The notes beneath the pieces are model-generated. The model was not told the origin of the DNA. It saw nothing but the letters and a program-made list of their open reading frames with translations, and searched no databases. Both the position numbers and the translations under genes were made by a program. Below, piece after piece: positions 19,599-27,849 of a stretch of DNA of 64,000 bases (position 1 is the stretch's first letter; the number at the start of each line of letters is the position of its first letter). The DNA lies in NCBI GenBank assembly GCA_948695535.1, contig CAPRTS010000003.1, positions 21,107 to 85,106 on the forward strand, read 5' to 3'. The DNA comes from an uncultured Eubacteriales bacterium (GTDB lineage Bacteria; Bacillota; Clostridia; Christensenellales; UBA1242).

Positions 19599-20667
19599 TG
19601 TAGCAGTCATTTATTTTGACGATATGCAGATAGTGGGACGTATCGCGTCCGTGTCTTATGGTAAGGCGATTACGCCGTTGGTTACCATACGTAAGGATTA
19701 CAGCGGTATCATGGACAATGTTTTTACTGACCGCGAAGAGTTTAAGGCTACGTTCAGTGAAGTCTTAACCGAAATGGTGGCGGGGGTTAATCGTCTGCCG
19801 ACCGTACTTTATATTGGTGTGCCAAATCAATTCTGCCATGTGGAGACACAAAGCAGTGAAATTGAGTTTGACCGCATGACTAAGGTTAACAAGCACCATA
19901 TTCAAGCCTTGTGGGAAGATGCTCAATTTAATACCGAGCACCGCGAAGTGATCGCTAAAAAGGCTTTATATTTCAAATTAGAAGAATACGAAGATGTATT
20001 ATTAGATGCGATTGGTGTGGCAACGGTGGGTTTATCGATGGTCGCCAGCGTGATCTCGGTAAGTAATGAATTGCGCCCAGTAATCAATAGTACGGCCGTT
20101 AACCGCTTAGGTTTTACCGATTTTGCTTTTGTTAATTTGGCGGACGCAGAGTTATTTATGATCCCCGAAAAAGATCGTGACGCGGGCTGCAGTTTAATTC
20201 GTAGTGATTTCTTTTCGACTTCGGTGGCAAACATTATCGGTGATGGGGTAACGCAATTATCGCACTTTAATCTTGGCATGGGGCATTTAGTCAGTGAAAT
20301 TGCCGATAACTTTGGCTTGGATTACGAATCAGCACGACAATTGTTGTTACGGGCGACACCAACTTACGAAATGTTGTTGGAAGAAACATATACCGCCAAT
20401 GGTGATACCATTCCAGCGGGAATTTTTAACGAATTTATCGCCAAAAGAATTAACGAATTTGGTAACCGTTTGTCGAACTTTGATACCGCACGTATCGTTT
20501 ATTTGTCTGGTGGTAATTACGACCAGATTTACGGTATCAGCAGTGTTTTAGCCAATATATGCGAACGCCGTTTTTATCAATGTCAAGATGTTTTGAACGG
20601 AGCAACCAGTTATCCAGAAAATACATTAAACGCCTTGATTCGTTTCGTCGTGGCGAAAAATAGTTGA
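19585..20667 (+). CDS. FtsA-like actin-fold protein with degenerate nucleotide-binding motifs
   Basis: Collinear with the FtsA layout (IYFDD... for DIG, GCSLIRSDFFSTSV for DIGGGTT, VYLSGGN for TGG). The phosphate-binding Gly motifs are not conserved. Overlaps the FtsQ-like stop by 14 nt. Confidence 0.5.
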   Translation: MLKNNVAVIYFDDMQIVGRIASVSYGKAITPLVTIRKDYSGIMDNVFTDREEFKATFSEVLTEMVAGVNRLPTVLYIGVPNQFCHVETQSSEIEFDRMTKVNKHHIQALWEDAQFNTEHREVIAKKALYFKLEEYEDVLLDAIGVATVGLSMVASVISVSNELRPVINSTAVNRLGFTDFAFVNLADAELFMIPEKDRDAGCSLIRSDFFSTSVANIIGDGVTQLSHFNLGMGHLVSEIADNFGLDYESARQLLLRATPTYEMLLEETYTANGDTIPAGIFNEFIAKRINEFGNRLSNFDTARIVYLSGGNYDQIYGISSVLANICERRFYQCQDVLNGATSYPENTLNALIRFVVAKNS

Positions 20668-20742
20668 TTTTTTTTGCGTTAGGGTCTTGAAATTTATAAA
20701 GTAATAGTTTACTCTTTTAGTAAAAATAAAGGAGAAATTATT

Positions 20743-21702
20743 ATGTATGATACATTTGCACAAAGTGAAGCCGAATTCGCCTCAGCCTATTTGAGTTACA
20801 AATTGGAACGTGGTGGCGCCCCGTTTGCCAGCCAAGACGAATTGCTGGGGGCGGCTTTGGCCTTTGCCAACACTCATGGTTACGGGGAATGTTTCCCTAA
20901 ACTGAAAAAATTTATGTTTAACGATTTTGCGACCGTAACCACTCAGTTGCAAGATTTAATTAGTAATGAAAACGGGGACGCGAAAAAAGTTGGAGTAATT
21001 CGCTATGGTAATAAATTATTGCCGACTTATGATTTCCGCGATATTGGTGATGCCGCCAGTGCAGTACCATTTATGCATTATTTAAGTCATCATGAATTTC
21101 CTACGCCAAAAGAAGTCAACTATGGGGCAGAAATTAATCCGCAGTATCGTTTTAACGCGGCGGCAGGTGCCGAATATTTGACGGACTTTTTAGCGGATAA
21201 GTTTGCTGCCTACGAAACTGAACATGGTAAAGGCACAGCAACGACCGTGCAATTGAACAATGGTTACGCGAATAGTGGAAAAACATTACGCGTCCTGGAA
21301 AACAAGGCGTTCTTCCAAGGTTTTAACCAAGTAGCCACGCGTTTCTTGGCAGATTTGATGACGAATAACGATGGCTTTGCCCAAATTTCCAACCAAGCAG
21401 GTGGCAATTTGGCTTACAATAACTGGTGCCGTTTATTGGCCGGATTCCCCATTTTACAACGCTTTATACGGAATGTTGATGTTGATGGTAAGGAATTTAC
21501 TATGACGTTGACTCCGCAAAGTGTACGTGTGGAAGAAGTGCAATTTGCTCCGCATTTGGTGGCTGCTGAACAAGCCGACGGCTGTCGTCATACGCAAATT
21601 GACTTGTTAACAGGATTTAGCATGCCGGCTCCCAAGTTGCAACATTGCACAGTTAGTACTTCACATTTGGCTCGCGAAGTTAATGAACGGTTGCGACCGT
21701 AA
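20743..21702 (+). CDS. hypothetical protein, no recognisable family
   Basis: 319-aa ORF with a strong SD AAAGGAGA 8 nt upstream. Soluble-looking, no motif I can name. Confidence 0.7.
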   Translation: MYDTFAQSEAEFASAYLSYKLERGGAPFASQDELLGAALAFANTHGYGECFPKLKKFMFNDFATVTTQLQDLISNENGDAKKVGVIRYGNKLLPTYDFRDIGDAASAVPFMHYLSHHEFPTPKEVNYGAEINPQYRFNAAAGAEYLTDFLADKFAAYETEHGKGTATTVQLNNGYANSGKTLRVLENKAFFQGFNQVATRFLADLMTNNDGFAQISNQAGGNLAYNNWCRLLAGFPILQRFIRNVDVDGKEFTMTLTPQSVRVEEVQFAPHLVAAEQADGCRHTQIDLLTGFSMPAPKLQHCTVSTSHLAREVNERLRP

Positions 21703-21716
21703 ATTAAAAGGGTAAA

Positions 21717-22982
21717 ATGAAATTACGTTATTTAGTCGGTTTTGGTGACCCTTGGCAGTGCTTTGCTAAGTATTACGCTAAGGTTGGGCAAGTTACGCCC
21801 GTTTATGCTACGCGCTTGTTAGTGATGCTTAATGAACCTAAACAATTACTTTATCATTTACAACGTAACGACGATTCGGTCTTGGCACAACATATTGCCA
21901 ATATCTGCGACGAACGGTCACCTTTCATTAAAGATATCAAAAAAATTTTTTCGGCATCACAAATGGCAGTGTGGTGCAGTAGTTATCAACAGTTGTTACG
22001 AGAAGGAGTTAACTTTGAACGTTTTTTTAATCCGTTTTATACCTTCCAAAAAATTCAACGCCGCGATGGGCAACAATCTAGTATCGCTCGCGCTTATCAA
22101 GACCCACATGATTTCATGATGAATCAAAAACTATTGGACGCTTTACGACTGGATACTTGTCCGGCCACCACCAGCGAAGGACGCGCCTTGTGGACGTATA
22201 CTAAATTGTGTTCGGTGTTGAAATATGACGAAGGTTACATGTATCACGAATACCGTGACAATTTGAATGATTATCCTGACCGCAGTTTTGAATTAGTTGA
22301 ACAAGTAACCCCGGCAACGCCGATAACTTGCTATAATTTTTCGCGCATAGCCGTAAAATTATTGAACCAAATTCCTGGTATCAAGGCAACAATCATCGCA
22401 TTGGGCAAAAATCTTGGCCATTTTCGTTTTGGTTTTTATTCGGATAAAATGTCGGTTGACATAGAAGCTATTAATGCGGTGGGCAGTTTTAATGATTTGG
22501 CACGTGCCAAGTTGGGTATGCCCCCCAAAGGGATAAAGGCAATTTATGGTGAAAATTTAGTAAATCATTTATTGGCTGAGGTAGTGACACCGTGGCTCAA
22601 AACCCAACCGCAACCAATTACACAATATCTAACGTCACTGAAAAAAATTCCCAGTACGTCATCACCAACGCCGATCGATTTCCCAATGTTGCTGAAAACT
22701 TTGCAAGCCCACAATATTACGGGAACTGATGCTTTGCAAGTAATGTTAAACATGAATGTTAAGTTCGCGCAAGAAAGGTACGTTATGGCACGGGCGGGTA
22801 CAGTAACGAAACAGGGTGTGACGCCGTATTTGTTTGTGCGGCAAGGTGAAAAAATCATTGCAGTAGATTTAGAAAAAATGAACATTGAGCCTTGCGATGC
22901 TGATTTGTTACGCCGTTACTTAGCCAAAGATGCGGTAGTCTACGCTGACGATGATCACACTTTGGGCGACCTGTGCCGTTGA
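21717..22982 (+). CDS. hypothetical protein, no recognisable family
   Basis: 421-aa ORF 14 nt downstream of the previous gene and followed by an intrinsic terminator. No motif I can name. Confidence 0.7.
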   Translation: MKLRYLVGFGDPWQCFAKYYAKVGQVTPVYATRLLVMLNEPKQLLYHLQRNDDSVLAQHIANICDERSPFIKDIKKIFSASQMAVWCSSYQQLLREGVNFERFFNPFYTFQKIQRRDGQQSSIARAYQDPHDFMMNQKLLDALRLDTCPATTSEGRALWTYTKLCSVLKYDEGYMYHEYRDNLNDYPDRSFELVEQVTPATPITCYNFSRIAVKLLNQIPGIKATIIALGKNLGHFRFGFYSDKMSVDIEAINAVGSFNDLARAKLGMPPKGIKAIYGENLVNHLLAEVVTPWLKTQPQPITQYLTSLKKIPSTSSPTPIDFPMLLKTLQAHNITGTDALQVMLNMNVKFAQERYVMARAGTVTKQGVTPYLFVRQGEKIIAVDLEKMNIEPCDADLLRRYLAKDAVVYADDDHTLGDLCR

Positions 22983-23004
22983 CACTGAACTAATCAACAA
23001 TTTT

Positions 23005-23030
23005 AACTCACCAACAGGTGAGTTTTTTTA
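23005..23030 (+). terminator. rho-independent terminator
   Basis: Stem AACTCACC / GGTGAGTT with loop AACA, followed by a T-run, 23 nt after the 21717-22982 stop. Confidence 0.6.
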
Positions 23031-23058
23031 TCGTTAAAGACTTAAAAAATACTTGACA

Positions 23059-23075
23059 GGGGGGGGGGGGGGGGG
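23059..23075. repeat. G17 homopolymer tract
   Basis: 17 consecutive G directly abutting a TTGACA hexamer (23053-23058), 78 nt upstream of ATG 23153. Confidence 0.95.
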
Positions 23076-23152
23076 ATGTACCATTGTTAATAATTGCACA
23101 GGTAACCAAAACGGTAACGACGTGTGCAAAGAAAATAAAAGGATAAAAAACA

Positions 23153-24520
23153 ATGGCAAAATTGGGTAAACAATGGGGCGTAGTAATTGGGTGTTGGTGC
23201 GTGACATTGGTATTGGCGGTTACGGGGGTGTGCCTGGCGCTGACTATCCCCAGCAAAGCCGTGGACGATGAAACTTTTGTAAGGGTGGCAGAAATTTGGG
23301 AAAACCCAAATCACGTGCAAGAATTGTACAACGCGTTAACCGGTCAAAGCGGGGCGACTTTGGCTGACGTTAAAGCGTTAGTGCCGGACGCGGACAGTGC
23401 CTTTGACGCGGCGCAAATTCGTGCCAACAACAACGAAAAAAATATTATCTTAACTTTTGGTGGCCAAGAATGGCACGTGTGCTACTTATCCAATGATACC
23501 GACGGTAACCCGATTTTGACCTTGTGGGCGTTAAATAGTGTTGCGGAAAATCTTAGGCCTTTTATTGGTGGTGTCACTAACGACAGTGAAATGAGTAATA
23601 TTGCGGATCCGGAATGCCGGGCTAATTATAACACCTGGTATTCACGAGCCGTGGTCAATAACGGTGGACGCTATATTGGTGAACAGAAAAACGAAGATAC
23701 CGGTTTCTACGAACATTGTTGGCTAGAATACGAGCCGGTGACGGATTATGCGTTGCAAGAATTCTTACCTGGTGGTAAATACGCGACGGCCATCGTTACG
23801 CCGCAACACGTGGCTTGGCAAACCGAACGTCAGTCGAGTACTAATAGGCATAACTTAAATATTAAACTGGACGATAATTTATGGTTACCGCATACGTTGG
23901 AAATTGGCTACGATTACCAACTCCAATCCACTCCGTCGTACGGTAATTGGCGCTTGAATACGAATGGTAATGCCCAAGGTCCGGTGGCGGAGTTAAGTTT
24001 GCTTCGTGGTGCGTTTGGTTATGATTATGTTTATCAAGTACGTTATGTACAGAAAAATGGGAGCAGTTATTATACTCCGCTTAAATTTTCGCCTGCCAGT
24101 GTTGTCCCGGCCTTGCATTTGAATTTGAACGCGGACGAATTGCACGTACATGATTATCAAGAAACAAAAGTCGTCCCGGCCACGTGTATAGAACAAGGTT
24201 ACACGAAACATACTTGCATTTGCGGTGACAGTTACCAGAGTGATTTCACGGCCAAAATCGACCATGATTGGGGCGAATGGGTAACCGCACAAGAACCAAC
24301 CGCGACCAAGGAAGGCCTTGCTAAACGTCAATGTCAATACGGTTGCGGAACGACCGAACAGAAAATTATAGCGGCCTTGGGCGGTAGTGACGCCGACACC
24401 AACCACGATACAGTCAAAACTTGGGCAATTGTCGGTGGTGTATCCGGCGGCGTGTTAGTTTTAGGCGGTGGTACAATCAGTTGGCTATACATTATTCGCA
24501 AACGCAAGTCGCTTAAATAA
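23153..24520 (+). CDS. membrane-anchored extracytoplasmic protein (N-terminal signal/anchor, Cys-rich module, C-terminal TM anchor)
   Basis: N-terminal hydrophobic segment. FGGQEWHV...ILTLWAL and PALHLNL resemble the DUF6273-type fold. Cys-rich module ATCIEQGYTKHTCICG...HDWGEW...RQCQYGCG. C-terminal TM helix plus RKRKSLK tail. Confidence 0.75.
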   Translation: MAKLGKQWGVVIGCWCVTLVLAVTGVCLALTIPSKAVDDETFVRVAEIWENPNHVQELYNALTGQSGATLADVKALVPDADSAFDAAQIRANNNEKNIILTFGGQEWHVCYLSNDTDGNPILTLWALNSVAENLRPFIGGVTNDSEMSNIADPECRANYNTWYSRAVVNNGGRYIGEQKNEDTGFYEHCWLEYEPVTDYALQEFLPGGKYATAIVTPQHVAWQTERQSSTNRHNLNIKLDDNLWLPHTLEIGYDYQLQSTPSYGNWRLNTNGNAQGPVAELSLLRGAFGYDYVYQVRYVQKNGSSYYTPLKFSPASVVPALHLNLNADELHVHDYQETKVVPATCIEQGYTKHTCICGDSYQSDFTAKIDHDWGEWVTAQEPTATKEGLAKRQCQYGCGTTEQKIIAALGGSDADTNHDTVKTWAIVGGVSGGVLVLGGGTISWLYIIRKRKSLK

Positions 24521-24565
24521 ATCCAACACAAACCAAACCCCGTGTTTGTTCACGAAGATTATATT

Positions 24566-25213
24566 TCATTCGCTGTAATTGCCGACGGTGGCGACGGTTA
24601 AAATTTGGACATCGGCGACGCCGGCTGCCCGTAAGGCATCACGGCACGCGCCCGTCGTCGCACCAGTAGTATAAACGTCATCAATCAGCAAAATGTTTTG
24701 GTCGCGCACATCAGTCACGTGCTCGGGCGGTACGGCAAAAGCGCCTTGCATGTTCTTGGCACGCGTGGCGGCGTCCATGTGTTTTTGAATAACAGTTTTG
24801 CGGGTACGCAGTAAAACATCGTCGCGGACTGGTAAATCCAGATAGGTGGCTAACTCCCGCGCCAACAATAAACTTTGGTTAAAACCGCGTTCGCGAAAAC
24901 GACTTTTCGCCAAAGGCACCGGCACGATAATAAAAGTCTTGTCTTGCTTTTGAATACAGTGCAGATAAATGGCGGCCAAGTACGGTGCCAAGGCTTTCGC
25001 GACCAGACCGTTGTCGTTGTACTTCAAACTTAAAATCATACTGCGCACCGGTTCAGCATAACGAAATGGTGCATAATGGGTGGTAGTGGCTTCTGACATA
25101 ATTGGTAACTTGTTCATACACCGGGTACATAAATATGGATTGTCGGAATGTTGAATTTCTTGACCACAGGCTTGGCAAGTATAATTTGGTAACCACCAGT
25201 CCCAAAAGTTCAT
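24566..25213 (-). CDS. comFC: ComF family protein (ComFC-like phosphoribosyltransferase)
   Basis: N-terminal zinc finger CQACG...CTRC and the PRTase motif ILLIDDVYTTGATT. The ORF is open to a TTG at 25252; the first ATG is at 25213. Confidence 0.75.
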   Translation of the reverse strand: MNFWDWWLPNYTCQACGQEIQHSDNPYLCTRCMNKLPIMSEATTTHYAPFRYAEPVRSMILSLKYNDNGLVAKALAPYLAAIYLHCIQKQDKTFIIVPVPLAKSRFRERGFNQSLLLARELATYLDLPVRDDVLLRTRKTVIQKHMDAATRAKNMQGAFAVPPEHVTDVRDQNILLIDDVYTTGATTGACRDALRAAGVADVQILTVATVGNYSE

Positions 25214-25270
25214 ACGCCAGCATATAACCTTGACGGTGGCTAGGCCAAGCAAATTTTCATGGCGTGGACA

Positions 25271-25300
25271 TTGACAAGTATTTGGCCAGCAGTGTACAAT
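25271..25300 (+). promoter_or_regulatory. promoter, predicted leaderless transcript of 25309 gene
   Basis: TTGACA (25271-25276), N18, TACAAT (25295-25300), N8, ATG 25309. Confidence 0.5.
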
Positions 25301-25308
25301 AGGCGATT

Positions 25309-25722
25309 ATGAAAAAATTGAGTAAAGTTTTACCATTTACCAATGGTTTGAAAAAATATGCACCCGAAATAATTGGTATGGCTGCGGGCGCGGTCTTGGG
25401 CACCGTGGGAGTTAATCTTTATACCGATGTTATTCACCCTGCATCGGGAAAAGTAGTGCCGGCGGAAACGGAAATTAAATTAACCAAAGCCCAAAAGCAA
25501 GAAGTGTTATACGTTTTACGCGAATTACGCGGTTTGTTAGACGATCAGCAAGGCGACGATTCGTTATGGGTTAATACGCAGGTAGCAACTAAATTAAGTC
25601 TTACCTTAGGTGAACCAATTAGTACCCGTAATACTGCCGAATTATTAGCCATTATTGATGCCGCGATTGCCGAACTGTACACGGCCGCAACCCAAACTGC
25701 TGATAACGGCCTTAAACGATAA
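25309..25722 (+). CDS. hypothetical small membrane protein
   Basis: 137 aa with one N-terminal TM segment (IIGMAAGAVLGTVGVNLY). Lies upstream of the ABC exporter gene. Confidence 0.6.
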   Translation: MKKLSKVLPFTNGLKKYAPEIIGMAAGAVLGTVGVNLYTDVIHPASGKVVPAETEIKLTKAQKQEVLYVLRELRGLLDDQQGDDSLWVNTQVATKLSLTLGEPISTRNTAELLAIIDAAIAELYTAATQTADNGLKR

Positions 25723-25727
25723 AAATA

Positions 25728-27512
25728 TTGATAAATGTTGTTAATATAACTTATACTGATTTGGTGGCTAAAACAAAAGACAAACGCAAACGCGATTATT
25801 TTCTTTGGTCGTTGAAGTATCTGCGTCCGTACAAGGGGTGGATGTTTATTTGTTTGTTGAGTTGCGCTGTGGCGGCGGTATTAGCGTTTATGTTCCCAAT
25901 TTTTACCCAAAAAATGCTGGCGGCGTTCGCCCAAGAAAAAGGCAAAGTGTTATTGATCAGTGCGGGCTTGTTGTTATTGTTACAAGTGTTACGTTCCGTG
26001 GTGCATATACTTTTGTGGGGAACGACTGCGGATAAACTGCGGGCCAGGTTGAACAAAGATATTCGCCACAACATTATCAGCAGTATTTTCCAGTTACGGA
26101 CTAAGAATTTTGATTTATACGGTAGTGGCAAGTTAATCCAAGTAGTGGCTTCGGATACGGTTGCCTTGTCGGGACTTTACACCAATATTGTTGATGTCAG
26201 TATGTGTATTTTGGAAAATATCGCGGTTTTCGTTTATATCTTTACCGCAAATTATATTTTAGGTTTTTACTGCTTGTTGGAATTTGTAGTAGTTTGCTTG
26301 GTTTACCATATCCGGATCCGGTCGCGTATCCGTGGACAAATTAAGTTAAAACAAGTTAATGATAAAAGCATAGGTTTAGTAAACGAAACTATTCGCGGAG
26401 TAAGGGATATTAAAAATTACAATATCCAGTCCGCAATGTTGAATAAAGTTGATGAATCGTTAACTGATTTGGAAAAAACCGATGCTAAATTAGGCAGTAA
26501 ACAATATCGACTTCGCCGCGTAACCCAAATCGTACAAAATTTAATGGCTTTCTTATTTATTCCCTTGGCCTTATTGTTGATTCATTTTAACTTAACGACT
26601 TTCGCTGCGGCTTTCACGATATTTGTTTTCCGTAACTCAACCAGCAATGTTATCGAGTGGATTATGAGCAGTTGGGAATATACTAAAGATGGTGGCGTTT
26701 ATGCCGAACGTATTTATCAAGTGATCTATGGCTTTCACGAAGGTTTTGAAGAATTTCCTGCCCAAGACGCTTTTGCTGCCTTGCCCGCCAATCTTGACAT
26801 TGTCATTAAGGATTTATCTTTTGCTTACGATGACTCGTTAACGGTGTTGAAAAAATTCAACCTTAATATTCCCTTTGGCACTACGGTGGCCATTGTTGGC
26901 GAAAGCGGTGAAGGCAAAAGCACGATACTTAAACTGCTGAATAAAACTTACGACGTGCCACGTGGACATATATTTATTGGCGGGCAAGACCTTAGTGATT
27001 TTTCCCAAGCCACGTTACGCGACATTATCACCATTGTGCCACAAGACCCGTACGTTTTTAATTTCTCGATTTTAGACAATCTAAAAATTGTCAAGCCTAA
27101 TGCCAGCTCTAGACAAATCCAACAAGCCTGCCAACAAGCACAAATTCATGATTTTATCATGGCGCAACCCGACGGCTATGAGACAGTTTTAGGCGAGAAC
27201 GGCACGAAACTTTCCGGTGGGCAAAAACAACGTTTGGCGATTGCCCGAGCCTTTTTAAAGGACAGTCCTATTCTAATTTTTGACGAAACGACCAGTGCAC
27301 TGGACAACGAAAATCAAAATAAAATTAAGGAAGCAATCAGTAATATCGGTCACAACAAAACGGTTATCATCGTGGCACATCGGCTGTCGACGATTGTTGA
27401 TACCGATGTTATCCACGTAATGAAAAACGGGATGATTGCTGCCAGCGGTACGCATAAACAACTGTTAGCAACTTGCCCAGAATACCGAAAATTATACCAG
27501 CACGAATCTTAA
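25728..27512 (+). CDS. ABC transporter, fused permease/ATP-binding protein (exporter type)
   Basis: N-terminal 6-TM domain, Walker A GESGEGKST, signature LSGGQKQR, Walker B ILIFDETTSALD. TTG start. Confidence 0.85.
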   Translation: MINVVNITYTDLVAKTKDKRKRDYFLWSLKYLRPYKGWMFICLLSCAVAAVLAFMFPIFTQKMLAAFAQEKGKVLLISAGLLLLLQVLRSVVHILLWGTTADKLRARLNKDIRHNIISSIFQLRTKNFDLYGSGKLIQVVASDTVALSGLYTNIVDVSMCILENIAVFVYIFTANYILGFYCLLEFVVVCLVYHIRIRSRIRGQIKLKQVNDKSIGLVNETIRGVRDIKNYNIQSAMLNKVDESLTDLEKTDAKLGSKQYRLRRVTQIVQNLMAFLFIPLALLLIHFNLTTFAAAFTIFVFRNSTSNVIEWIMSSWEYTKDGGVYAERIYQVIYGFHEGFEEFPAQDAFAALPANLDIVIKDLSFAYDDSLTVLKKFNLNIPFGTTVAIVGESGEGKSTILKLLNKTYDVPRGHIFIGGQDLSDFSQATLRDIITIVPQDPYVFNFSILDNLKIVKPNASSRQIQQACQQAQIHDFIMAQPDGYETVLGENGTKLSGGQKQRLAIARAFLKDSPILIFDETTSALDNENQNKIKEAISNIGHNKTVIIVAHRLSTIVDTDVIHVMKNGMIAASGTHKQLLATCPEYRKLYQHES

Positions 27513-27649
27513 AGAAAACATTTGTGCATTAGAGGTCGAATCAATAAGCTAACAATAAAAGGCGGAGTGATATGGTGGAAAAGGTGACCAAGCAAGTAAT
27601 TGACCAACGCATTAAATACTTGCGCCGCGGTCGACTGAACGAGCGATGT

Positions 27650-27706
27650 TGGTACTCCCAAGGGGAATCGAACCCGTGCTGGCGAAGCCATCTGCGAGTT
27701 CGGAGT
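27650..27706 (-). other. truncated tRNA-like element (acceptor plus T-arm, no D-arm and no proper anticodon arm)
   Basis: The reverse complement ends GGGTTCGATTCCCCTTGGGAGTACCA (T-loop plus CCA). Only 57 nt lie between a matching 5' acceptor strand (ACTCCGA, one mismatch) and the CCA. The T stem has a C-C mismatch. Confidence 0.4.
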
Positions 27707-27730
27707 GGGTTGCGTTTTGATATATTGTGT

Positions 27731-27805
27731 TGGTACTCCCAGCGAGAGTCGAACTCGCGATTACACCGTGAGAGGGTGTCGTCTTAACCGCTTGACCATG
27801 GGAGC
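27731..27805 (-). tRNA. tRNA-Glu (anticodon CTC)
   Basis: Reverse complement: GCTCCCATGGTCAAGCGGTTAAGACGACACCCTCTCACGGTGTAATCGCGAGTTCGACTCTCGCTGGGAGTACCA. It folds as a cloverleaf with anticodon stem ACACC/GGTGT, loop CTCTCAC and an encoded CCA. Confidence 0.85.
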
Positions 27806-27815
27806 AAAGCAGTAT

Positions 27816-27844
27816 TTGAATTATAGCGGAAGACGTGCTATATT
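27816..27844 (+). promoter_or_regulatory. promoter of rimO, predicted leaderless
   Basis: TTGAAT (27816-27821), N17, TGcTATATT (hexamer 27839-27844), N5, ATG 27850. Confidence 0.5.
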
Positions 27845-27849
27845 GCAAT

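Noticed and set aside
20668-20690. T8 run after the FtsA-like gene, considered as a terminator.
   Set aside because: Only a weak 5-bp stem lies about 10 nt away from the T-run, which is not convincing.
27573-27649. Possible third tRNA, suggested by TGGTGG (a CCA-end complement) at 27573 and a 7-bp hairpin GCAAGTA...TACTTGC.
   Set aside because: No T-loop (GTTCGA-type) or cloverleaf can be drawn. It is probably just a hairpin downstream of the tRNA cluster.
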